Source: Dechloromonas sp.
GTDB lineage: Bacteria > Pseudomonadota > Gammaproteobacteria > Burkholderiales > Rhodocyclaceae
NCBI GenBank assembly: GCA_016790845.1
Contig: JAEUOH010000116.1
Location: 8,305 to 72,304 of the forward strand
Length of the DNA stretch: 64,000 nt
Direction: 5' to 3'
Within the stretch, counting starts at the first letter, position 1, and every line of letters starts with the position of its first letter. A program made the position numbers and the translations under genes. Positions 19,737-28,987 of the stretch are shown here, in pieces. The notes beneath the pieces are model-generated. The model did not search any database. It had not been told where the DNA came from and saw only the letters and a program-made list of their open reading frames with translations.

Positions 19737-20731
19737 GGCTGCAGCGCCCGCCACCACTTTGCATGACGGCGGATGCCTTCGTCGATGCCGACCTTCGGTT
19801 GCCAGCCGAGGTCGTTGCGCAAGGCGGATACATCCAATGTTTGGCTGAAAGCGAGGACGCCGGCGCTGTAGCGGGTAAGTGGAGGCTCTTGGCCGCTGCC
19901 TAGGCGGGCTAAGATCTCCAGGCAGCGCGCGACGAAATCGACAAGCGGCCAGGGCACCCTTCTAGTGCGTAGCGGCAGGCCGAATTCCCGCGCCATCACG
20001 GTAAGCACATCGAGCAGTTCGCGTGGCTCGCCGTTGCTCACGTTCCAAGTGTTCACGTCACGTGGCAGGGGCAAGGTGGCGGCCCGCCAGACGGCCTCGA
20101 CGGCGTTGTCGATGTAGGTCAGATCGAGGTGGATCCGGCCGCCACGCATAATCGGCATGGCACCCTGGGTCATCACGCGCAGGATGCGCGGCACCAGAGT
20201 CTGGTCCCAAGGGCCGTACAGGGCGCGCGGGCGCAGGATGGCGACTTCCGGCAGATCGGCATCACGCACCATCCGCTCGGCGGCGAGCTTGGTCAAAACG
20301 TAGGTGTTGGCGGCTGGCGGCAGGACGGCGTCCTCCCGGATGGCGAGCCGGTCTGCGAAACCGAAGTAGAGGCTGGGCGTAGAGATATGGACCAGGCGGG
20401 ACACCTTGTTGGCCCGGCAGGCGGCGATAACTTCGGCGGTGCTGGTAACGTTGGCGCGCTCGAATTCGTCGAAGGCGCCCCAAGGTGATGAGAGGGCGGC
20501 GCAGTGAACGATGACATTGGCGCTGCGTGCGGCCTCGGTCAAGGCCTGTGCGGCCCCATCGTCGCCGTGTTTGAGCGGCTGCCATCGCATCGGCCCCGGG
20601 GCATGGCGGATTACCTCATTGGCGGCGTCTGCGCTGCGGCCGGTGAACACCACCTCGGCGCCCTCGTCGGCGGCGCGCCAGGCGACGTGGCGGCCGAGGA
20701 ATCCGGTGCCGCCGGTGACCAGAATCTTCAT
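19733..20731 (-). CDS. NAD-dependent epimerase/dehydratase (3-beta-HSD/OleD-like SDR)
   Basis: TGGTGFLG Rossmann motif and YVLTK catalytic motif. Confidence 0.9.
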   Translation of the reverse strand: MKILVTGGTGFLGRHVAWRAADEGAEVVFTGRSADAANEVIRHAPGPMRWQPLKHGDDGAAQALTEAARSANVIVHCAALSSPWGAFDEFERANVTSTAEVIAACRANKVSRLVHISTPSLYFGFADRLAIREDAVLPPAANTYVLTKLAAERMVRDADLPEVAILRPRALYGPWDQTLVPRILRVMTQGAMPIMRGGRIHLDLTYIDNAVEAVWRAATLPLPRDVNTWNVSNGEPRELLDVLTVMAREFGLPLRTRRVPWPLVDFVARCLEILARLGSGQEPPLTRYSAGVLAFSQTLDVSALRNDLGWQPKVGIDEGIRRHAKWWRALQP

Positions 20732-21735
20732 CAGTATTCCATCACCACGCCGCCCAGCGACAGGCCCGCGCCGCTACCCAGCAGAAGTACCTTGTTGCCG
20801 CGCCGGATGCGGCCGTCGCGGATGGCGATATCAAGCGCGGTGGGCAGCGAAGCGGCGACCTGGTTGCCATGCTCTGCAAATATGTCGATGACCTTGTCCC
20901 GCGCGAAACCAAGACGCTTGCTGACATGCGACAGCGCTAGGTGGCTGGCCTGATGCGGCACGATCCAGTCCAGTTGATCGCGATGGACTCCGGCTCGGGC
21001 CAGCAGGCGGTCGAGGAAGCCTGGAAAATGTCGGGTGGCCAGCTTGAACACCCCCTTGCCGTCCATGCGGAAAAGAGCCAGTTTGTCGAAAGGCTGGTCG
21101 ATGCGGGTCGGGTGGTAGCGGCTGCCGCCACCGGGAATTCGACACAAGTCGGCTCCTTCCGATAGGGTATTGAGTTCTGCTGCCAGCAGGCGTGAGGCGC
21201 CGTCGCCGGGGCCGATCACGGCCGCCGCTGCGCCGTCGCCAAAGATAGCGCTGGCCTCCAACGTGCTCCAGTCAAGGCCGCAGGAAGGGATGTCGGCGGC
21301 GACGATGAGCACGTTTCGGTAACGGCCAGCTGCGATCGGCCAGGACAAGGCGTCCAGCGCAGCCAGAAAGCCGAGGCAGGAGGCGTTCACGTCGAATGCC
21401 GGAATGGCCAGTCTGGATAGTCCCAGTTCGCGGTGGATGAGGGCTGCGTTGCAGGGCATGCCCTGGTCCATGGTGCCGCTGGCGGCAACCAGGCAGTCGA
21501 TGTCATCGATCGTAATACCGGCGGCTTTGAGCGCACGCCGGCTCGCTTCTGCGGCAAGTTGTGCGGCGGTCTCGTCGCTCCCGGCGAAATGACGCCGACG
21601 CACCCCGCCGTTAGACTCAATGGTGCCGGGGCAGTGGTTGAAACGCCGGTCCAACTCTTCGCTGGTGACTACTGTTGCAGGCAGGGAGTGGCCGGTGCCG
21701 AGGATGCCGATGCGGCGGATATTGTTTATGGTCAT
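20731..21735 (-). CDS. 3-oxoacyl-ACP synthase III (FabH-like condensing enzyme)
   Basis: NASCLGF, FGDGAAA, VPHQAS and HGNQVAAS give a C-H-N triad; ATG overlaps the upstream stop. Confidence 0.9.
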   Translation of the reverse strand: MTINNIRRIGILGTGHSLPATVVTSEELDRRFNHCPGTIESNGGVRRRHFAGSDETAAQLAAEASRRALKAAGITIDDIDCLVAASGTMDQGMPCNAALIHRELGLSRLAIPAFDVNASCLGFLAALDALSWPIAAGRYRNVLIVAADIPSCGLDWSTLEASAIFGDGAAAAVIGPGDGASRLLAAELNTLSEGADLCRIPGGGSRYHPTRIDQPFDKLALFRMDGKGVFKLATRHFPGFLDRLLARAGVHRDQLDWIVPHQASHLALSHVSKRLGFARDKVIDIFAEHGNQVAASLPTALDIAIRDGRIRRGNKVLLLGSGAGLSLGGVVMEY

Positions 21736-22481
21736 GGAGTGGATGTTGCAGGTCGGCGTAGCTCGTGGAAGGCAGGCGGCTCCCATTCGCGCAGGGCGAG
21801 CAGCATGGCGGTGCCGTGCCGTTCGCCGATGGCCGTATGCTGGCTTTCGTCGTGCAGGGAGGCGAACTGACGACGCAGCTTGCGCAACTGATTGGTGAAT
21901 TGCTTACGCGCCTCCGGCGTTAGCATCCCGTGCACGAAAAATATTGACTCATCGTTGCCGTCAAAGGCACCCGACAGGAAATCGTCGCGTCCATGGCAGG
22001 CAAAGTAGCCTTCGATTGGGCCGCCCGGTAGCCAATCGAAATCGCGCGTCACATTGATGCGAATGCGGTTGCCCGGCAACAGATCTATTAGACGCATGCG
22101 ATCTAGGCGCAACAGCCGATGCAGACATTCGACCTCGTTGAGCCAGTAGTGCTCGACGATATCGGCCAAGCGCCAGTGGTTGAGGGCGCAGACAGCGACT
22201 AGCAACAGCTTTTGGTCGGACACCAACTCGGCTTCCTGCGACTCGTCCAGCCTGCTCAAGCGAGGTACGCTTGCCTCCGCTTCTTGGGTCAGCTCTGTCA
22301 GGGTCATGTCGAGCATGGCGCACAGCTTGAGCAGTCGGTTGAGCGACAGATTGCCAGTAGAGAATAGCCGCTTCACGCTCGCCTCGGACAGATTCGTGGC
22401 CTTGGCGACATCGCGATAGGTCAGGCCGCTGGCCTTCAGAAGCCGTTTGACGGTGACGAGGAGTTGCTGAATTTCGGTCAT
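21732..22481 (-). CDS. XRE-type HTH transcriptional regulator
   Basis: LTYRDVAKATNLSEASVKRLFS HTH; first gene of the operon. Confidence 0.85.
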   Translation of the reverse strand: MTEIQQLLVTVKRLLKASGLTYRDVAKATNLSEASVKRLFSTGNLSLNRLLKLCAMLDMTLTELTQEAEASVPRLSRLDESQEAELVSDQKLLLVAVCALNHWRLADIVEHYWLNEVECLHRLLRLDRMRLIDLLPGNRIRINVTRDFDWLPGGPIEGYFACHGRDDFLSGAFDGNDESIFFVHGMLTPEARKQFTNQLRKLRRQFASLHDESQHTAIGERHGTAMLLALREWEPPAFHELRRPATSTP

Positions 22482-22829
22482 GAGCGACTCGGATAAATGA
22501 CAACATCAATATATGGTAAATCGAATGCTCTGGCGAGTCAGAATGCCAGAGTATCAATAAATGATCCATTTGGTGAGCAAAAGGCTATTTTTCAATATTT
22601 GGTTGCTATATGCGATTCGTTTGTGTCGACGCTTTTCGTCAGTTCGAGAGCGACGCAATAACTCTTGTTGCGATATTTCAGTTGCAATTGGCCGCATGAA
22701 ACAATGCGTAGGGAGAAATTGACGTTTGTGCCGTCAAAGGCATCAGCGGCAGCCATCAGGGATACAGCAGCCAATTTGGCGGGGTACTTTCAAAGGCAAC
22801 TGCCGACCGATTCTATCTAGAGGCCCAAG

Positions 22830-22932
22830 GTTTGCTTTGGCCGACGAGCTGACTAATTCCTTCCTTCGTGAGCAATTCGAACTGGACGAAGAACCCGACA
22901 AGACAGTTCTGGATACGACCGACTGGAAATAG
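22830..22932 (+). pseudogene. Possible 3' fragment of a lost gene next to the transposon end
   Basis: FALADELTNSFLREQFELDEEPDKTVLDTTDWK* ends 10 bp before the first end repeat. Confidence 0.35.
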
Positions 22933-22942
22933 CCGGGAAAAG

Positions 22943-23076
22943 TCTCAAGTTAAGCTGCTGAAAACCGGAAAAATCTCAACTTAAAACGCGAAACAAGGAG
23001 GGATTCGATTTGCGAGACTTTTCCAAACTCACCGAAATACGCGGGCTTCCTGTCTCAACTTAAGCTGCGGACGAGA
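22943..23076 (-). repeat. Transposon end with three spaced putative transposase-binding sites
   Basis: TCTCAAGTTAAGCTGC (22943-22958), TCTCAACTTAAAACGCG (22974-22990) and TCTCAACTTAAGCTGCG (23053-23069), all inverted relative to the other end. Confidence 0.85.
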
Positions 23077-23191
23077 TTTCCACTCGATGGCTCTCTCCGT
23101 CAGCATTTCAGCGGTTAGGTGCCGCCCAATCGAAATCTGCCTGGAACGTCAATCCCCCAATGTAGCCAGCTATAAATTGGTCGGTGGCTGA

Positions 23192-25288
23192 CTAAAACCC
23201 GCTCTCACGAATCAAAACTGCGAACACATTGCGTAGCCCTGCAACCAGCAGACTTCGACGCTCGCCATCGATAACTATTACGCCGCGTGCTTCCCTTGGG
23301 GATTCCAGCCGATCATCAAGTTCTACTCGGACACGAAACAGCTGTTCTGCCGGAATCAATTCTTGTGTGTGCATCGCCAGCGCGATTGGTCCGCCATGGC
23401 GCGTGGCAAGAATCGGGTGGTCGAGGCGGGATATTGGGGAGGTATCGACATTCAATACCTTGCCACGTAGCGCATCAATGCGGTGCTCAAGGTAAAAAAT
23501 GGCATTGGCGCCAGGACGCAGGCGTTCGACATCGCCTTGCTCGACAAAGGCGTCAACCTGCCAGCGTTGTGGGTCGATCAAGATGCCCAAGGGTTGCTTG
23601 CCGTTAACCCACGCGCCAGCCTGCTTCTGCGGGTCGAGGTCAAGCCACATCCCGTCGAAATCGGCCCGCAATGCAAGACGATTCAGTTCTTCACCAGTCG
23701 CTTGCACCTCAGCCAGTTGTTCACCGAGACGCTCGGTTGTGGCACTGGCCTGTTCCTGTCCTCGTTCCATTGCCTGCAGGCCGGTTAACTGCGCATCGAG
23801 GGCGTAGGCTTTGGCCTGATTGCGACTACCTTGTGCTCGCAAATCCGGTGAGTCGAGTTGAACCAGAATTTCACCAGTGACGACTGGCCCGCCCGGACGA
23901 ACGGATGCGATCACCGCTGGATATGGGGCGAACAGGACACTCTGCCTGGTCGCATGCGCCACCCCCGCCCCGCGCACCTCGGTTTTCCAGGGAATGGCTA
24001 ACAGCAGCAACACCATTCCGGCCATCATCATCATTGAGCGGCGGCGTGCTCCAGATACCTCAATGCGCCGTACCCACCACACCTTGAGTTCTCGCCAAAT
24101 TGGCATAACCACAAACCACGCCAACTCCACGATGAACAGCAAGATGCCGAGAATCTTGAAGAAGAACAGGTAGACCGCAACCGCAATGCCCAGAAATATC
24201 ACGAGCCGATAAATCCATGTCACCAGCGCAAAGCCAATCAACAGACGGCGCTGGCGATCAGGAAAATTTTCCGGCCACGACTCATCCAGACCGAGTAGCG
24301 CGCGACGGAGGGCGACTTTTGCCATCGCGGAAGAGCGCTCATGCAGATTGGGAAAATCAAGCAGGTCCGAGAGGATGAAGTAACCGTCGAAGCGCATGAA
24401 GGGACTGGCATTGAGCGCCAGCGAAAGCATCCAGCTGGTTGTCGCCAAATAGAGACAAGCCGTCCGTAGCCAGCCCGGTTCGCTGAGCGCCCAACCCAGT
24501 GTCGCCAATCCGGCCAGTGCCAGTTCGGTCAAAATGCCGGCGGCAGAAACGGCGAGCCGCTGGTGACGCGAACGAAGCTTCCAGGATTCCCCCGTGTCGG
24601 TATAAAGCATCGGCCACATGACAACCAGAGCGATGCCCATATGCGCGACGCGCACGCCAAAATGGGTGGCCACCAGCGCATGGCCGAGTTCATGCAAGGT
24701 CTTGGCGAGGATCAGGGCGCAGGCAAAGCCGAGCAGACCCTGCGGCGACAGCGATTCGACCACCGCCTCGCTGAAAACATCCCATTCCCGATACACCAGC
24801 AACAAGCCGAGTCCGCTCAACGCGAGAAGCACCCAAAGCATGGCCGGCTGGAACAGGATGGAGAGATGCCCTGCCGTGCGGGCGAGAAAAGCCTGTGGAC
24901 GAACCAACGGGATGCGAATGAACAGGTAATGATGCAGCCACCAGCGCCACTTCAGCCAGGGCGTCCCCCCTGACTGTGAAGCCAGCCGGTCGGTCGCTTC
25001 CGGCCCGGGGCGCAGCAACTGGTGCCGATCGAGAAAGCCGGCCAGCGCCAGCACTTGATCAGGCGCAGCGTGCAGCGGCGTCATGGCGGCGATATCGGCA
25101 GCAACTGCAGCGGCAGGCGCCCCCCAGCGCAGCAGACATTCGAATTCGAGCCAGCCGATGCGATAAAAACGATTGACCACCGGATCCTGAATTACCCAGG
25201 CTGGCGAGCCGTCTGCCTCGGGTGCGGCCTCGACAATACGCAGGTCTTCCCGGAGCGGCGGCAACGCTCGCTCGAACTCGGCCTGCAT
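23192..25288 (-). CDS. Site-2 protease (M50) membrane domain fused to HlyD-like periplasmic adaptor
   Basis: LHELGH (HExxH) and NASPFMRFDG motifs, multiple TMs, then coiled coil and MFP beta domains; start at MQAEFERALPPLRED. Confidence 0.85.
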   Translation of the reverse strand: MQAEFERALPPLREDLRIVEAAPEADGSPAWVIQDPVVNRFYRIGWLEFECLLRWGAPAAAVAADIAAMTPLHAAPDQVLALAGFLDRHQLLRPGPEATDRLASQSGGTPWLKWRWWLHHYLFIRIPLVRPQAFLARTAGHLSILFQPAMLWVLLALSGLGLLLVYREWDVFSEAVVESLSPQGLLGFACALILAKTLHELGHALVATHFGVRVAHMGIALVVMWPMLYTDTGESWKLRSRHQRLAVSAAGILTELALAGLATLGWALSEPGWLRTACLYLATTSWMLSLALNASPFMRFDGYFILSDLLDFPNLHERSSAMAKVALRRALLGLDESWPENFPDRQRRLLIGFALVTWIYRLVIFLGIAVAVYLFFFKILGILLFIVELAWFVVMPIWRELKVWWVRRIEVSGARRRSMMMMAGMVLLLLAIPWKTEVRGAGVAHATRQSVLFAPYPAVIASVRPGGPVVTGEILVQLDSPDLRAQGSRNQAKAYALDAQLTGLQAMERGQEQASATTERLGEQLAEVQATGEELNRLALRADFDGMWLDLDPQKQAGAWVNGKQPLGILIDPQRWQVDAFVEQGDVERLRPGANAIFYLEHRIDALRGKVLNVDTSPISRLDHPILATRHGGPIALAMHTQELIPAEQLFRVRVELDDRLESPREARGVIVIDGERRSLLVAGLRNVFAVLIRESGF

Positions 25289-26631
25289 CAGAACCCGCTC
25301 CACGAGCGCAGCGTCGCCAGCGGCCGCCGGAGCAGGTAGTAGCCGAGGACAACCCAACCGCCATAGACCTTGGCAGTCCCCCGCAGACCCAGCCGGGCAT
25401 CCGGCGCCGGGCCATCGATCGTTGCGCGCAGACGATAAGCTGCGACGCCATCCGGAGTGGTGATCGCCTGATAGCTGGTTTCGCTGATGCGGCCTTCAAT
25501 CGACGATAGCGGGTGGGCACTCAGGTAGAGTTTGACGGGCGCCCCGAGATCAAGCGAAATGGCGTCGGCGACCGGCAGATGAATCAGCATCGCAGGAGTT
25601 GCCGGATCGGCCAGAAGCATGATCCGCTCACCGGTGACGACCGGCTTGCCCAGCCAGTCGTTCGGATCGCTGAAAACGGCGACGCCATCGCGCGGCGCGG
25701 CCATCTCGACCCGCGCCAGTTGTGCCCGGATGGCGGCCAGTTCAGCCCGGCGCTCCTGGGCGCGGCCGGTGAGCAGCGCGATGTCGTTGCGGCTCTGGGC
25801 GTTATCGAAGCTGCGCTGGCTCGCGGCGTTCAGTTCGGCATCAGCAACCGCAACGCCCTTGAGGGCGACTTCCAGTCGGTTCTGTAACGTCGTGTCGTCG
25901 AGCGACAGCAGGATTTCGCCTTTCTTGACCGCCTGATTGGGACGGACATGAAGACGCTTGACGACGCCGTCCAGCGGCGAAGCAACTACCGTGGCATCAA
26001 GGGCGACGATCTCAGCCGGCGCCAAGGCAGTCTGTCGTACCGGCAGCAGGCAGAACACAGCAAGGCCGATGGCCAGCACCTTCTTCTGGCGCTGGGTTGG
26101 GCGCCAGCGCCAGTTGGCCTGGCCCTGGGTCAAGCTCGTCCAGCAATAACCCCATGTTCCGGTCAGTCGAAGCACTTGCCCGGCAACGATCGGGTCGGGA
26201 GGCGCATCGAGCAGATAGATTGCCATGCCGCGCAAATGATTGTTGCGGTCAACGATACGCAAGCACCAGATTCCATCAGGCCACCACTCCGCCCAGCCCG
26301 ACGCAATCGCGTCCGGCAACTCGGCATTCGCAGCAGACAGCCACAGGCTCTGTTCCGGCATTGGAATTGCCGCCAGCCATTCTGCCGCCCGTCTCAACCA
26401 GACGAGATAGGGTGAATCCTCGGCGGGACGCGCCAACCCGGAAACTGCCCGCAACTGCCAGGTCGGCTCGGCGCAATCGAAGACCAGTGCCTGTCGAAAT
26501 CCCAGCAAGGGGTAAGGGTCATTGGCGATCGAGAAGGCCAGGCCGTTGAGCGAGTCGACCGCCCGCGCCCGTTCTTCAAGTGCAGCGATCGCCAGCAGTA
26601 GCTGCGGGTGTGGGAGAGTCGGTTCGCTCAA
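25288..26631 (-). CDS. HlyD/RND membrane fusion protein with N-terminal GAF-like domain
   Basis: VASPLDGVV..LHVRPNQAV..G biotinyl-lipoyl motif, coiled coil and APRDG. Confidence 0.85.
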   Translation of the reverse strand: MSEPTLPHPQLLLAIAALEERARAVDSLNGLAFSIANDPYPLLGFRQALVFDCAEPTWQLRAVSGLARPAEDSPYLVWLRRAAEWLAAIPMPEQSLWLSAANAELPDAIASGWAEWWPDGIWCLRIVDRNNHLRGMAIYLLDAPPDPIVAGQVLRLTGTWGYCWTSLTQGQANWRWRPTQRQKKVLAIGLAVFCLLPVRQTALAPAEIVALDATVVASPLDGVVKRLHVRPNQAVKKGEILLSLDDTTLQNRLEVALKGVAVADAELNAASQRSFDNAQSRNDIALLTGRAQERRAELAAIRAQLARVEMAAPRDGVAVFSDPNDWLGKPVVTGERIMLLADPATPAMLIHLPVADAISLDLGAPVKLYLSAHPLSSIEGRISETSYQAITTPDGVAAYRLRATIDGPAPDARLGLRGTAKVYGGWVVLGYYLLRRPLATLRSWSGF

Positions 26632-27413
26632 GGCGTGAAAGAGAAGTGGGCAATGCCGCTCATGCCGGCCAGCAATTCTGAGTGTTTGCCGTCGATGCGC
26701 GCTTCCAGTTCGACCGTTTGCGCCACCGCATCGACGCGGGCGTTGATCGCCGACACCTTGGCCGGATAGGTCTTGCCGGTTTCATTGACAGCCACGTCGA
26801 ACGTAGTTCCCACTTTCAACTGCCGTAGATAAAGCGATGGCACATTCAGGCGCAGTTTGAGCGGCCCATCACTGACCAGGTCGACCAGCGGCGCCCCAGC
26901 ATTCACGCCCTGATATTGCTTGATGTAGACACGGGCAATCCGGCCGTTGAACGGAGCATTGAGCGAACAGTAGGCAACTTGCGAACGGCCGAGGGAAACT
27001 GCCCCTTTTGCCTTGTCGACCGCAGCCTGCGCCGTCGATACCTCAAGATCGCCGGCCGCATTCAACTTCTTGAGTCCCGTCTTGCCGGTGAGCGTGTCGC
27101 GGGCAGCCACCAGTTCGGCCTCGGCCATACGCAGGCGCGCTTGGGATTCGCCGCATTCGATACCGATCAGCAGCTTGCCTTTGACCACCGGCTGGCCAAG
27201 GTTGGCATTCAGCACCTCGATGCGCCCTGCCATTTGCGCGACAAGCGTAGTCTCGACCTCAGGCGCGAGCAGGACGCGAATGGCGTTGGCATCGGCAACC
27301 GCTGACGGCTTGACGACCGGCGCGGGTGTTGCTGCAGTGGCCGGCGCAGCCGGCAGGGGTTGGGCTAGCGCAGGTGCCGAGAACAGCAGGGCCAGAATCT
27401 GGAGCTGGCGCAT
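26628..27413 (-). CDS. Efflux RND periplasmic adaptor subunit
   Basis: Signal peptide; APFNGRI, VDAVAQT and LLAGMSG motifs. Confidence 0.88.
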   Translation of the reverse strand: MRQLQILALLFSAPALAQPLPAAPATAATPAPVVKPSAVADANAIRVLLAPEVETTLVAQMAGRIEVLNANLGQPVVKGKLLIGIECGESQARLRMAEAELVAARDTLTGKTGLKKLNAAGDLEVSTAQAAVDKAKGAVSLGRSQVAYCSLNAPFNGRIARVYIKQYQGVNAGAPLVDLVSDGPLKLRLNVPSLYLRQLKVGTTFDVAVNETGKTYPAKVSAINARVDAVAQTVELEARIDGKHSELLAGMSGIAHFSFTP

Positions 27414-27417
27414 CACC

Positions 27418-28983
27418 CTAGCTCGGCGCCTTGGGAGTGGCCGGCGTGTCGGGAGCGCGCAGCTCGACCGATTCCCATTTGCCCATCGTCCGCTTGATCT
27501 CGGCAGCGAGTGTCTTGATGTCGTGACTTTCGATGGCTTCGGGCATCACATCGAGGCCGACCGAGTTGTACAAGCGGCCCCAGGCCGCCTGCGCATTCGA
27601 GTACGCGGCCTGGCGCTGGTAGCGGGCGAGCAGCCAGCGCGCTTCGGCGCGGATCACCTCCAACTCGGAGTCAACCGAGGTCGACGCGGCAGCCTTGGCG
27701 TATTCAAGAAGGCGGCCATCGACACGCATGATCTCCTCGGCGAACTTCAGTTCGGAGAGCGAGAGTTCATAGCGCTGCTTTCCGACATGCACCTGGGTCA
27801 GTACCGCCATCGACAGCCCCATGCGTCGTGTGTCGTCGGTCAGTTCCTGATCTGCCTGGGCCTGATCAAGCGCCGGCCACTGCAGCAGCTTGATCAGGTT
27901 GAGCGAGAGGCGCAGTCCGGCCTCGGCCCAGTTGTTGTTGTACAGGTACTTGTTCGAGTCGTAAAGCGGACCGGCCTCAAGCGACAGGTTGGGCCACACC
28001 TGCGCCTTGGCGATCTTGATGTCGGTCGCGGTGACGCGCTTGCGGTACCACTCCTCCATGATCTCCGGGCGCCGTTCGAGCGCCATGCGCTCGAGGGTTT
28101 CTGTGTCGTTTGGCAGCGTCGACACGATCGGTTCCTCGGTATCGGCCAGCACCATCGGTGTGCCGGGTGGCAGCGACATCAGCGCTGCCAGTTCGGCGCG
28201 CGCCAGCTCCAGGTCCTGGCGGCGCAGGTTCATCAGACTGACAGCATCAAGCAGCGCGCGCTGGTAAGAGAGCGCCTGCAGGCGGGGTAGCAGGCCCTGG
28301 TCCTCGGCCTTCCTGGCCGCTTCCAGCGCCTTGTGCGTGCGGTCGATTAGACTGTTGACATCGCCGATCAGGCGCTGGGCGCCGACAGCGCGCCAATAGG
28401 CGTTGCGCACGTCCTGCAGCACGTTCTGCACGACCTTGCGCCGACGCTCCTCGGCCATCAGGATCTGGTCCGCCTTCTGCTGCGCGCGGTAATAGGAAAC
28501 CCCGAAATCGAGCACGTTCCAAGACAGGGTCAGCCCAGCCAGACGGCGGTTGTCCTCGGTTGCGGTCGAAGGCACCAGGGTCACGATACCGTCGGGCTTG
28601 CCGGTCGCCAGATTGATCCCCTCCGAATAGCCGCCGGCGGTGTTGCTGCGACCGGCATAGCCGGCATTGGCGACCAGGCGCGGCAGCATGTCGAATTTCG
28701 ACACGTCGTACAGGCTGCGCGACAGGGCGCTTTCCATCAGTTTCAGCCGGTAATCGAGGTTGTACTTGAGCGCCCGCGCCGCTGCCTCGTGGAAGGTGAT
28801 AGGCCCGCTGACTGGCTCCTGCTCGGCGAACATCTTCTGACGGTCGCTAACCACACGGTCTTTGATCTCATCCTTGGTGTAGGGCGTCGGGGTCAGTGAG
28901 CCACAGCCGGCAAGGAGAAGCAGGCTACTGGCGAAGACCGCCAGGCTGTTCATGCGATGAATTGTCAGGGTTCGGCGGTTCAT
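27418..28983 (-). CDS. TolC-family outer-membrane lipoprotein
   Basis: LLLLAGC lipobox; ARALKYNLD and WNVLDFG outer-membrane factor repeats. Confidence 0.9.
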   Translation of the reverse strand: MNRRTLTIHRMNSLAVFASSLLLLAGCGSLTPTPYTKDEIKDRVVSDRQKMFAEQEPVSGPITFHEAAARALKYNLDYRLKLMESALSRSLYDVSKFDMLPRLVANAGYAGRSNTAGGYSEGINLATGKPDGIVTLVPSTATEDNRRLAGLTLSWNVLDFGVSYYRAQQKADQILMAEERRRKVVQNVLQDVRNAYWRAVGAQRLIGDVNSLIDRTHKALEAARKAEDQGLLPRLQALSYQRALLDAVSLMNLRRQDLELARAELAALMSLPPGTPMVLADTEEPIVSTLPNDTETLERMALERRPEIMEEWYRKRVTATDIKIAKAQVWPNLSLEAGPLYDSNKYLYNNNWAEAGLRLSLNLIKLLQWPALDQAQADQELTDDTRRMGLSMAVLTQVHVGKQRYELSLSELKFAEEIMRVDGRLLEYAKAAASTSVDSELEVIRAEARWLLARYQRQAAYSNAQAAWGRLYNSVGLDVMPEAIESHDIKTLAAEIKRTMGKWESVELRAPDTPATPKAPS

Positions 28984-28987
28984 GGAA

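Larger units (their letters stand above)
10166..23076. mobile_element. Non-autonomous Tn7-like transposon (12,911 bp) with 5-bp TSD
   Basis: Terminal IRs TCTCGTCCGCAGCTTAAGT(C/T)GAGAC (24/25 identical); TTTCC at 10161-10165 and 23077-23081; repeated internal end motifs; no transposase ORF inside. Confidence 0.85.

Noticed and set aside
22728-22742. 14-bp match (TGCCGTCAAAGGCA) to the regulator gene near 21956
   Set aside because: A single short match with no structural context; plausibly chance
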